Shown: in pieces, positions 34,965 to 44,217 of the stretch | Numbering within the stretch: position 1 is the first letter of the stretch | Layout: the number at the start of each line of letters is the position of its first letter | NCBI RefSeq assembly: GCF_001194135.2 | Contig: NC_068998.1 | Span: forward strand, 20,795,653-20,839,869 | DNA: 44,217 bases | Direction: 5' to 3' | Source: Octopus bimaculoides | Taxonomy: Eukaryota | Program-made: the position numbers and the translations under genes | Notes under the pieces: generated by a model | Database searches by the model: none | The model's input: the letters and a program-made list of their open reading frames with translations, nothing else | What the model was told of the DNA's origin: nothing

Positions 34965-35330
34965 TCTCCTGCTGCTCAAGCATCTAGACTGTATTCATAA
35001 AAGGGCCACTCAAGTTAAAGACACAGAATCACATTGCCCACAAGAATGCTATCACCTTTCTCTTCCTTTTCTACTGCTACTTTTACAGCCTCTGCCCTAT
35101 GGAGCTGGCTGGTCTCATTCTATCTCTACCGAGGCTCTCTAAACTCATTGCCTCAATTTTATTCATAATCCATGTTGTGTTCAGCATCCAAAGTCCCCCA
35201 CACATCACTCTGATCAGATCTTCTTCCCCCTCGACAATATTCCCTTTGGACATCTTTCCTACATACTTTGACTTGCAGTAGTTTAAGCTTGATATTTACA
35301 AAATAACACTGACCAATCTCAGAAGTCTTG
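34965..35330 (+). mobile_element. CR1/L2-group LINE 3' coding remnant
   Basis: LLKHLDCIHKRAT, YCYFYSLCPMELA and IFPTYFDLQ*FKLDIYK (in shifting frames) resemble C-termini of this group. Confidence 0.6.
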
Positions 35331-35468
35331 TAAAGGCCAGGGGCATTGCAACCCTTCTCCAGATCCAGCAAGTCTTTGTTTTGGGTGTTTATTAAACCGT
35401 ATTCAGAGTGTTAATTCCAGCAATTGTTTAGATGCTGATATTTAACAGATTCTACTTTCAATTTTCAG

Positions 35469-35546
35469 GTGTGAATCTAAGAACTGGCAAGAAAGGTATA
35501 TTTCCATCAATGTATGCTACAGACCTACACTTCTTAGAAGAAGATG
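35469..35546 (+). CDS. MAPK8IP1: JIP1-like exon E (C-terminal SH3)
   Basis: Acceptor ttcaattttcag|, donor GATG|GTAAAT; (G)VNLRTGKKGIFPSMYATDLHFLEED; phase 1-1, 78 nt. Confidence 0.96.
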
Positions 35547-36686
35547 GTAAATATTGACTTACATCTTTATTATTCAGATCTTATTCAATGGTGCTACTAC
35601 AGTGTGTGTCACTCAGAGCATCCCTTGACTTTACTACCCTCAACTTCCCCCAGGGTATAAAGCAAACTTATACAGTAGACTTATACAACAGGCCCAAAAG
35701 TGCTACCCACATAAAAGCATCACCTGGGATGGACTGTTCTCTCAGCCTATACTAGTTATGCTACTGCTCTAATTATTTCTTGTTTATCATTTGATTCTTA
35801 CCAATCAAAGAAATCATGATTGTTCCATACTGTCTTTTATTAAGGTAGCAATTGGTTGACTTATTAGACCACCAAACAAATGCCTTGTGCTATTTGTACT
35901 GCTTCTCAGTCTTCAGACTTAAAAATCCTGTCATGGTCAAGTTTTCCTTTCATCCTTGCAGAGACAATAAAATAAAGTATCAGTTGAATACTGGTGTTCA
36001 TGTGTCTCTTTCTCAGAAAAATCAGCGCCTCTCCGCCCTGGTTATTGTTATTCAAATGGAGAAGCCAGTTTGATTAAAAGAGGAAACCAAAGCAGCTTAG
36101 AAGTAGATATGAACAGGCCAATAAATAAAACTCCAAGTTGCGTGTTATGTTTTTTTCTTGTTGGTTGGTTTTCCTCTTTCTGTCATGCTAGAAGGAGAAA
36201 GCAGTGGTTGTGCAGAATAAGGGGAAAGAGAGAGAAAGATGGTATTGTAAAGAGAGGTAAATTAGACAGAAAGCAATCATACAACCAGACAATAAAATAT
36301 AGAAATGGACAAAATAGTGAGAGTGGAAGAGATAGTCCCCTAAAGAGAGGGGAGAGAGAATAAAAGGGATGATAAAACTTCACAATAGAAAAGTAATGTG
36401 ATAATATAGTAGAGATATAGAAAGTGAGCAGATGGTAGAAGGAATGATGGAAAACTTGACAGATAAAGAGAAAGAAAGTATTTGGTGTAAAGGAAATCAC
36501 TTTTGGATTGATCCAAAGGTGTTATATCTCATGACATTTTATTTTTCATTTAATAATTTTAGCCAAGATTTTTTTCTCCTTTCATCAGTTAGGTGATCTC
36601 ATAGAATTAATCTTGTTGACTTGCATATTATCTGATTGTCATCATATCTCTCAAATGTGTGTCTTGTTCTTTTGTTCTTTTTGCAG

Positions 36687-36784
36687 ATGATGACAGTTGT
36701 AAGAAATTCCAGGTGAAGTTCCTCGGCTCCCTGGAGGTCAATTGTCACAAAGGAACTGAAGTGTTATGTCAAGCTATAAATAAG
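36687..36784 (+). CDS. MAPK8IP1: JIP1-like exon F (PTB start)
   Basis: Acceptor ttctttttgcag|, donor AAG|GTAAGA; DDSCKKFQVKFLGSLEVNCHKGTEVLCQAINK; phase 1 in, 0 out. Confidence 0.96.
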
Positions 36785-36794
36785 GTAAGATGAT

Positions 36795-37078
36795 ATCCTC
36801 CTTGTCTTCCTCCTCATCCATGTCCTTGTCTTTCTTCTTGTCCTCCTCCATCTCCTCGTCCTCCATATCCTCATCCTCGTCCTCATCCTTGTCCTCATCC
36901 TTGTCCTCATCATTGTCCTCGTCATCATCCCCATTATTGCCCTCATCCTCCTCCTTGTCTTCCTTGTCCTCTTTGTCGTCCTCCTTGTCCTTCTTATCCT
37001 CCCTGTTGTCCTCAGCATTGTTGTTGTTGTTGTCCACCACCACCACCACATACATACATACATACATACATACATACA

Positions 37079-37107
<29 letters not shown>
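36795..37107. repeat. (TCC/TCA/TTG)n pyrimidine-rich triplet tract, then (TTG)n(CAC)n(TACA)n
   Basis: Direct reading, starting about 10 nt after the exon F donor. Confidence 0.9.
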
Positions 37108-37111
<4 letters not shown>

Positions 37112-37149
37112 GTAGATATTTATGTGTGCATTTATGTATGTATGTTTGT

Positions 37150-37510
37150 CCTTATTCAGTTTTATTTCACAATTTCTTGTTAACAGAAAAAGAGCTGGTT
37201 TCTAACCTAGATCAAAGGCTCCTTCATTGGAATTTCAACAACATCAACAGGGCATTTTTGTATGTTTTGTTTAATATATGTCTTCTCATGCATATACTTG
37301 TATATCTAGACATGCTCATAAATACTTAAATGATAAACTTCTGGAAAGTTTTACAGATTTTTACAGTTCCACTGATGGCTTGAAGCTGTAGTCTTCAAAT
37401 CAGCTTTCTCCTTTCTGGTTTTGAGAAGCCTGATTTCTCAAGATTGGTATTTAGGCAGTGTGTCACATATCCTAGTGCTCTAATAATTACAGATGTAAAC
37501 CTGATGTTTG
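37150..37510 (-). mobile_element. R4/Dong-clade LINE 3' end, second copy
   Basis: Minus strand IIRALGYVTHCLNTNLEKSGFSKPERRKLI*RLQLQAISGTVKICKTFQKFII*, homologous to the C-terminus of 4363-5225; 3' end abuts TATGTATGTATG. Confidence 0.8.
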
Positions 37511-37574
37511 TATTTTCATTTGTGCTTCTTTATTGTAAATACATTCTGTAATTTCTCTGTTCGACTATTTACAG

Positions 37575-37679
37575 GTGGCATTAACTCGAAGGAAAACACT
37601 ATCATCAACTCCTCCCCCAAATTGCTGCTTAGAAATCAGTGACTATGGTATTCGCATGATAGACAAGAGTAAATCTGTG
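37575..37679 (+). CDS. MAPK8IP1: JIP1-like exon G (PTB)
   Basis: Acceptor ctatttacag|, donor GTG|GTAAGT; VALTRRKTLSSTPPPNCCLEISDYGIRMIDKSKSV; phase 0-0. Confidence 0.95.
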
Positions 37680-38162
37680 GTAAGTTGTCATTTTAAATGA
37701 TCGTGTAACATAGACAACTACGAAGGGTGACCATTTGATTTGACATGTAACAATCGGGTATGCAACATTGACATATGACAGTTGGTCATGTGATATTTAC
37801 AAATATAATAATTAGTCACCAAAGAAATTAAACAAAGGCTCCCTCTAGAAATCCTTCAGCTCTTATGTGCCTCAAATGCTCTTTGGATACTTCCATGTTA
37901 GAAAGGGTTTTAATCAAAGAAATTTTAATTCTGTTATTCTGTAAAGTGATATTTTATTAGTTTAAATGTACACAAATGCATAAAAATAATTTTTAATTCC
38001 ATTAGACATTCTAAAATACTATTAAATTTCATTCAATTTTAAAAAAGGTAAAATCGGACAGAACTTATGGGATGACCTGATATTTCACTATTTTACACAT
38101 ACACACACACTAAATATGATACACCATATTAATATCAATGTGATATCTCTATATAATTTCAG

Positions 38163-38242
38163 CATGAAAGTGACGCTAATTTTTCAAACTTCTTCGCACT
38201 CAAAAATATCTCCTACTGCGGATATCATCCAAGAAATGAAAA
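38163..38242 (+). CDS. MAPK8IP1: JIP1-like exon H (PTB)
   Basis: Acceptor ataatttcag|, donor AA|GTGAGT; HESDANFSNFFALKNISYCGYHPRNE (cf. JIP1 FFQLKNISFCGYHP); phase 0 in, 2 out. Confidence 0.96.
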
Positions 38243-38287
38243 GTGAGTTGATTCTTTCTCTTTTTCTATTTCTCTATTTGTATGTCT

Positions 38288-38321
<34 letters not shown>

Positions 38322-38525
38322 ACATTTAACATCCGTTTTCCACATTGGCATGGGTTGGATGGCTTGACAGGAACCAGATTCCATAGTCTGTTTTGGCATG
38401 GTTTCTATGGCTGGATGTCCTTCCTAATGCCAACCACTTTACAGAGTGTACCGGGTGCTTTTTACATGGCACCAACACCCACACCAATGCTTGTTATGTA
38501 ACACCTTGGTTTTAGGATCTCAATT
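38288..38525 (-). mobile_element. Family C retroposon 3' part
   Basis: (CAT)n tail, TTTAACATCCGTTTTCCA..TGGCATGGGTTGGA..CCTTCCTAATGCCAACCAC. Confidence 0.8.
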
Positions 38526-39005
38526 CTGTATGTTTATCTGCCTACCTACCTGCCTGCCTGCCTTCCTGTCTGTCTGTCTGTGTTTCTCTCTGGAGAACAC
38601 TATTTTTCTACTCTGAGCAGTGGTATAGCAAGGACTCTTGACACTCAGGAACAAAGAGACATATGATATCCTCACTTTGATTTACAGATTTGACAAATCT
38701 GAGAAAATTTTATATCATTTAACATGTTCCTGGTTGCATGACTCCTCCCACTTTGCCTCCTCTTGCTGTGTCTTTGACTCTGGGTCACTACATTTCTGTT
38801 GGTTCACACTTAGTCAACCTGCATCATCCTGAATCAATCACACCGTTATTTACATTGGTTCTGTTTTACTTCTGGATCACTTATGATTGGGCTTTTAAAA
38901 CAAACTTAGGCGAATTAGACAATGATGTCATTATCCTTTCCTCCCAAGTTCTAATTTATTGCCAATCAGAACTGAAACAAGGTAAACAGAAATATATAAG
39001 ATAAA

Positions 39006-39232
39006 GGCAGCGAGCTGGCAGAAACATTAGCACGCCGCGAAATGCTTAGTGGTATTTCGTCTGCTGCTACATTCTGAGTTCAAATTCCGCCGAGGTCGAC
39101 TTGGCCTCTCATCCTTTTGGGGTCGATTAAATAAGTACCAGTAATGCACTGGGCGATATTATTGACTTAATCCATTTGTCTGTCCTTGTTTGTCCCCTCT
39201 GTGTGTAGCCCCTTGTGGGCAGTAAAGAAATA
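39006..39232 (+). mobile_element. Young SINE family B, perfect 18-bp TSD
   Basis: TSD AGAAATATATAAGATAAA at 38988-39005 and 39233-39250. Confidence 0.94.
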
Positions 39233-39886
39233 AGAAATATATAAGATAAATAAACACAAAAGTAGTGATGACTTTTGCAGCTGATTCTGAAGGTGGTGTT
39301 TCAAAATTATTTGGGTAANNNNNNNNNNNNNNNNNNNNNNNNNNNNNNNNNNNNNNNNNNNNNNNNNNNNNNNNNNNNNNNNNNNNNNNNNNNNNNNNNN
39401 NNNNNNNNNNNNNNNNNNNNNNNNNNNNNNNNNNNNNNNNNNNNNNNNNNNNNNNNNNNNNNNNNNNNNNNNNNNNNNNNNNNNNNNNNNNNNNNNNNNN
39501 NNNNNNNNNNNNNNNNNNNNNNNNNNNNNNNNNNNNNNNNNNNNNNNNNNNNNNNNNNNNNNNNNNNNNNNNNNNNNNNNNNNNNNNNNNNNNNNNNNNN
39601 NNNNNNNNNNNNNNNNNNNNNNNNNNNNNNNNNNNNNNNNNNNNNNNNNNNNNNNNNNNNNNNNNNNNNNNNNNNNNNNNNNNNNNNNNNNNNNNNNNNN
39701 NNNNNNNNNNNNNNNNNNNNNNNNNNNNNNNNNNNNNNNNNNNNNNNNNNNNNNNNNNNNNNNNNNNNNNNNNNNNNNNNNNNNNNNNNNNNNNNNNNNN
39801 NNNNNNNNNNNNNNNNNNNNAATAAGGGAATAAAGGGTAACATATGGCAGTGTATTTTGTGGATGACCTATAATAAAGTAGTGAGT

Positions 39887-40256
39887 GGAGGCGCAATGGC
39901 CCAGTGGTTAGGGCAGCAGACTCGCGGTCATAGGATCGCGGTTTTGATTCCCAGACTGGGCGTTGTGAGTGTTTATTGACCGAAAACATCTAAAGCTCCA
40001 CGAGGCTCCAGCAGAAGATGTTGGCGAACCCTGCTGTTCACTCTCACCACAACTTTCTGTTTCTGTTGTGCCTGTAATTCAAAGGGTCAGCCTTGTCACA
40101 CTGTGTCACGCTGAATATCCCCGAGAACTACGTTCAGGGTACATGTGTCTGTGGAGCACTCAGCCACTTGCATGTTAATTTCACGAGGGGGCTGTTCCGT
40201 TGATCGGATCAACTGGAACCCTTGACGTCGTAAGCGACGGAGTGCCAACAACAACA
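39887..40256 (+). mobile_element. tRNA-derived SINE (family D-related 3' half), (CAA)n tail
   Basis: Head GGAGGCGCAATGGCCCAGTGGTTAGGG..GTTTTGATTCCC; 3' about 180 nt are the reverse complement of 2583-2765. Confidence 0.85.
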
Positions 40257-40286
40257 ATAATAAAGTAATAATTACCTCAAATGAAG

Positions 40287-40505
40287 GTGTGTAGTCTGAC
40301 GGTAAGGGTGTTGGACTCACAATTGTAAATTCTGTGTTCGATTCCTGGATGAGGCATTGCTTTGTGCTTTTAGTAAAGCACTTCATTTCACATTTCTCCT
40401 TTTCACTCTACTGAAAATGAGTATCAGAATGTACTGGGGATGGGTGGGAAGTTATTCCTCTGACAGACTGGCATCCTGTCCAGTGGGTTTTGTACTCTCA
40501 GTTGC
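40287..40505 (+). mobile_element. Old tRNA-derived SINE (D-type central segment)
   Basis: GGTAAGGGTGTTGGACTCAC..GTTCGATTCC..AAAGCACTTCATTTCACATT..CTGAAAATGAGTA..GACTGGCATCCTGTCCAG. Confidence 0.6.
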
Positions 40506-40731
40506 TTAACCCTTTACCATTTAAACTGGCCATTTCCAGCCAAGATATTCGACTTGTTTTATGTTCAAGCCAGCCAGATCTGGTCTCTCACACCTATTAT
40601 ACAATGTCATTCTAAAAATATACAACCACATCATTGAAATCTCAAAGTTACAAGATAATACATAATTAATTAAAAATAATGTGAATAAATAAGAATTACA
40701 TTTAACAGAGTAACTGAATGCTAAAGAGTAA
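40506..40731 (+). mobile_element. piggyBac-like MITE with degenerate TIRs
   Basis: TTAACCCTTTACCATT ... TGAATGCTAAAGAGTAA; body shared with 34653-34815. Confidence 0.7.
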
Positions 40732-40859
40732 CTGAATGCCCCAAGATAGACTTTAACTTATTATTTTATTCAAAATAAGACATCAACTAGAGGGCGTGGG
40801 TTCAAATACTGACAAATACTCACATTTTTGTTCCCTTTCATATGCTCTTTATTTTGTTA

Positions 40860-41251
40860 CTAGCTGACCCCATGCTGTCAATAATGACGGCTAATTGTAG
40901 CATTTTATATATAAATAAGATACAAAATAAGGTACGTAATAATCACACATACAAACATTCACATACTTCCCTTGTATACGCACACATAAACACACATATA
41001 CTCACACAGAGTTGAAACGCTGATTTTTTTCACCCCTTCTTTCCTTATTCATCTATCACCCCTTCCTTTCTCTCATTGCTATTACTTTCTCTCACTCCCT
41101 CTCAGTCAGGGCTATTACTCTCACTACTTCTCCTTCACTGAATTACTATTTTCTCTCCTCCTCTGCTTCCGGCAGGATTCTGGACAAATATATATATATA
41201 TATATATATACAAATATATAAAAACACTACACTCGTTATTATATTAGGAGA
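40860..41251 (-). mobile_element. Non-autonomous Helitron
   Basis: Minus strand reads A|TCTCCTAATATAATAACG ... GCCGTC-ATTATT-GACAGC hairpin, 10 nt, CTAG|T. This gives 5' TC, 3' CTAG, subterminal hairpin, A/T target and no TSD. Confidence 0.75.
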
Positions 41252-41404
41252 TTATCCCTATATCATCTATGTATATTCTTTTCTTTAGGAAAAGATTTAT
41301 TTGTAGATATATGTACTTTGTTTAAATGCAAGCATGTTTTTGTCATTCAACTCTAGGTTAACCATTTTGATAATAAATATATTTCCTGATTTCTGTTGTT
41401 TCAG

Positions 41405-41503
41405 TTATTTTGCCTTCATCACGAAGCATCCAAGAGAATATAGGTTCGCCTGTCATGTTTTTCTTGGAGACCATTCCACTCGTAGTATATCAGAAGCTTT
41501 AGG
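41405..41503 (+). CDS. MAPK8IP1: JIP1-like exon I (PTB C-terminal part)
   Basis: Acceptor ctgttgtttcag|, donor GG|GTAAGT; YFAFITKHPREYRFACHVFLGDHSTRSISEAL(G); phase 2-2. Confidence 0.96.
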
Positions 41504-41544
41504 GTAAGTGTTTATTATCTCTCTTTGCCAGTTTACACATGAGT

Positions 41545-41800
41545 ATGTATATAAGTATATATGTTAGCATGTATATAAATATATATGTGTATGTGTATAA
41601 GAATGTTAAGGTGTGTGTATATAAGCATGTATGTTTGTGAGCATATATATAAACATATGTTTATGTTTATAAGAATGTTAGTGTGAGTGTATGTCTATAA
41701 ATGTGTATGTGAACATGTATATAAACATACATGTGTATGTATATAAAAATGCTAGTGTGTGTGTATGTATGTAAGTATGTATATGTGTGTATGGATGCAG
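41545..41800. repeat. Degenerate ~72-bp tandem repeat (about 3 copies) built from TA/TG microsatellite
   Basis: CAT(G/A)TATATAAA..ATAA(G/A)AATG(T/C)TA at about 41568, 41641 and 41713. Confidence 0.65.
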
Positions 41801-42099
41801 TCATTATCAAATATGTTGAACCATTATTCGTAAATAGATCCATTGCTTTTGATACACTTACACAAACGTGGATACATATGTGTTTATATACAGAGAATGT
41901 GTAGCCCAGTCATGGGTAATCTGAGCTCCGAAGGCTGCATGCTTACAGGATTTTCTGAATGGTATGCCTAATGAGAAATTACCTTCAATTTTCTTTACTT
42001 GTGCAACTCACCTGATGATGAATCATGTCTTGTATGACCTACTTCTTGAGAAAGGTCGCCCATGCCTTGTGAAGCCTCTCTCAAACTTGTGACTAGTAT

Positions 42100-42385
42100 G
42101 CATCTCTATTTTGGTGACACATTGCAGGTACCCATTCCAGTGACACATTAAAGCCACCCTTGCTGGTGATATGTAAAAGGCGCCCATGCCAGTGACATGG
42201 TAAAAGGCACCCAGGATGCTCTGTGGAGTGACTGGCATTAGGAAGGGCATCTAGTTGTAAAAACCAAGCCAAAATAGATTGGAGCCTGGTGCAGCTATCT
42301 GGTTTACCAGTTCCAGTCAAACTGTCTAACCCATGCTTGCATAGAAGACAGACGTTAAATGATGATGATCATGACGATGATGATG
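42100..42385 (+). mobile_element. Family C retroposon 3' part
   Basis: GGCATTAGGAAGGGCATC..GATTGGAGCCTGGTGCAGC..AACCCATGCTTGCATAGAAGACAGACGTTAAAT(GAT)n. Confidence 0.75.
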
Positions 42386-43324
42386 GTAATTTCTGAAAGT
42401 GACTTGCAATCCAAACACAAGGAACGCTAAAAAAGTACATAAGGGACTCAAAACCTTCAACTTTTTGTGACCTTATTTCTTAAGAAAAACTGTGTCTGTG
42501 TATTTCAATTAATTTTTAATATTATCAGAAATTTAGAGAAATTTAGTAAAATGACATATTTATTAATTATAAAGCTGGTAAACTGGTATTTGGAACTTAA
42601 ATGAACAGAAGGTTCTTGCATAAATGTATGATGTTAGGTTTTGATTTGAATATCAACTCGCTTGTGCTAGAGATCTACAAGTGGTCTGAAGGAGATCTGG
42701 TGTTCGAACAGTCCAGTCAAGAATCTTAATACACCATAGAAAATTGTCAGGTGTTTCACTTTTCAGTTGTGGACTAAACAAGAATCGCAGGAAACTGAGT
42801 TGTGAAAGGTGTCACAAAAAGCTGTCTTAAGTTCAATTTCTTCAGGGAAATGCAACAACATCTCTTAAGTCTGCCATGTTGACAATAACTCAAGGGAGGT
42901 AATTATAAATAGTGATGCAAGTTGCAAAAGAAATTGGATACAGATTTGACTCCATGGTTAGGAAATTTGCTTTGAAATCTTGTGGCTCCAAATTGTATTT
43001 CACTACACGGAACCTTGGGTAAGTATCTTCTACCAAAGCTCTGAGTGAAATTGGGTGGATACTCATCAAATAAACTTGATCTCTTTTTGGGTGATCGGCC
43101 TGATCTGTCATATAGCTTCGGATTTGTCAAAATCATCATCTCCACCACTGCCACTGCCACCGCCACTGCCACTTCTGCCACTGCCACCGCCGCCACCGCC
43201 ACCTCCAACGCTGTCACGGCTGCAAGTAATGGTTGTAGTTTATGTATATGTCTATATGTACCTACACACATATAAATACATGTGTGTGTGTATGTGTATC
43301 TTGAGTATAAAGATAGATATATTG

Positions 43325-43500
43325 TTCTGTTACATGTTTCAGTCATTGGACTGTGGCCATGCTGGAGCACTCTCTTTAGAGTTTTTAGGTCTGGCACTTA
43401 TTATATCAGTCCCTTTTGCTAAACCACAAACTTACAGTTGTCAAGTGATGATGATGCTGGCGAAACAAACACAAACGCAGACACACACACAACACAAATG
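43325..43500 (-). mobile_element. SINE family A 3' half, diverged
   Basis: GTTTCAGTCATTGGACTGTGGCCATGCTGGAGCAC..GTTGTCAAGTGATG..AAACACAAAC. Confidence 0.65.
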
Positions 43501-43502
43501 CA

Positions 43503-43546
<44 letters not shown>

Positions 43547-44173
43547 ATGCACATTGGTTTCTATAACTGAATAGAAAAGGAATAAATTTACACTTGTAGC
43601 ATTTAGAAGAGATGTGAAGAGGCAAATAATAAATGAGAGAGATGTCTATCTATAAACACGAAGTGGCTGAATGAGTCAAAAAAACTCCTCCAAAAAACAG
43701 AAGGTGAGAAGAGGAAGGTACCAAATTTAAAACATGAAATAGAAACTAAGTTGGTGTATATATCTGTGTCAGTGAGTGTATGTGTGTGTATGTGTGTGTG
43801 TGTGTGTACATTCATAGGTGATAAAAATGAATACATGTGCATCTGGTGTTATTAGCCATTGTGTAGTATAAATCAGTCATAAGTATTGCAATCCATACTG
43901 GTTTATCATTAATTAACCAATGCCTATACACAGGCTCTACTTTATTCTTCTTCTTCCCTATTTTAATTCATCTCTTTTTCCTTGTGTGTTATGATTGTGT
44001 TATGATTGTTAGAGTTGTATTGGTCAATGGAAAGCACAAAGCATAGACTTGATTTTACACACAGACACAAACAATGGTCATGAACATATAAATGTAAAAC
44101 AAACAACTACACACGTGCACACACACATAAAGATATATACATACATACATACATACATACATACATCCATACA

Positions 44174-44217
<44 letters not shown>

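Larger units (their letters stand above)
6298..39820. other. Nine assembly gaps (about 6298-6659, 16041-16187, 18025-18321, 25503-26133, 26506-27166, 27535-27994, 28945-28954, 32159-32394, 39319-39820)
   Basis: N runs, most flanked by (TA)n, (TG)n, (GA)n, (CT)n or (CA)n microsatellites. Confidence 0.97.
304..41503 (+). other. MAPK8IP1: JIP1/JIP2-family (JNK-interacting protein, Aplip1-like) scaffold gene, partial: nine internal coding exons; first and last exons outside window
   Basis: Nine exons with canonical AG/GT sites and matching phases (2|0|1|1|1|1|0|0|2|2) splice into one open frame. It encodes RIAHDISLDSF (cf. vertebrate JIP1 RLTHDISLEEF), an SH3 (THRGMHRFIPRH...WCQGVNLRTGKKGIFP) and a PTB (FLGSLEV...FFALKNISYCGYHP...YFAFITKHP...RFACHVF). 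Family recognised from recalled sequences; single invertebrate co-orthologue of MAPK8IP1/2. Confidence 0.95.

Noticed and set aside
36774-37103. Minus-strand acidic D/E/K ORF resembling a nucleolin- or prothymosin-like tract
   Set aside because: Antisense reading of an intronic (TCC)n-type tract, starting in a (TACA)n microsatellite; no splice or domain support.
37370-37402. CTGAT..TTGAAG/CTTCAA..ATCAG hairpin, and other CTGATGA words (about 1289, 2975, 24523, 33688, 42013), as further hammerheads
   Set aside because: None has the GAAA core with stems II/III and an NUH site; the 37370 hairpin lies within Dong coding remnant.
37719-37790. TACGAAGGGTGACC, a mariner-like TIR start
   Set aside because: No matching second TIR or transposase remnant.
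38638-38832. ORF after TTTACAG as the missing PTB exon
   Set aside because: No PTB similarity; the true exon is 38163-38242.
42846-42885. AG-preceded frame as candidate final exon
   Set aside because: Reads EMQQHLLSLPC*, with no resemblance to the conserved JIP C-terminus.
5155-44217. Dozens of ORF-track entries rich in YI, CV, HT, LS, ER or X
   Set aside because: Translations of (TA)n, (TG)n, (TATG)n, (TCTA)n, (GA)n microsatellites or of N gaps; no protein signal.

Overview
Eukaryotic, AT-rich, repeat-saturated genomic DNA with nine assembly gaps (about 3.3 kb of N). The SINE/LINE repertoire matches what I recall from octopod cephalopods (Octopus); this is an inference, not a database result. 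The window lies inside one plus-strand gene, the invertebrate JIP1/JIP2 (MAPK8IP1/2, Drosophila Aplip1) scaffold. I assembled nine GT-AG exons by hand with fully compatible phases (304-805, 6975-7110, 15491-15874, 20641-20811, 35469-35546, 36687-36784, 37575-37679, 38163-38242, 41405-41503; 1653 nt, 550 complete codons). They encode an N-terminal HDISL motif, an RRxRKLPExP motif, an SH3 domain and a PTB/PID domain. The first and last coding exons lie outside the window. Introns contain several tRNA-derived SINE families, LINE relics (R4/Dong, RTE, CR1-group), a mariner derivative, piggyBac-like MITEs, a non-autonomous Helitron, a Penelope-like fragment with a degenerate minimal hammerhead ribozyme, and many micro/minisatellites. 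Almost all supplied ORFs are microsatellite or gap artefacts. I see no evidence for a wholly new multi-gene system. The best leads are the hammerhead relic, inverted young SINEs bracketing the in-frame SH3 exon, R4/Dong insertions at (TATG)n, a MITE-derived 85-bp tandem array, and the apparent absence of the vertebrate JNK-docking motif.
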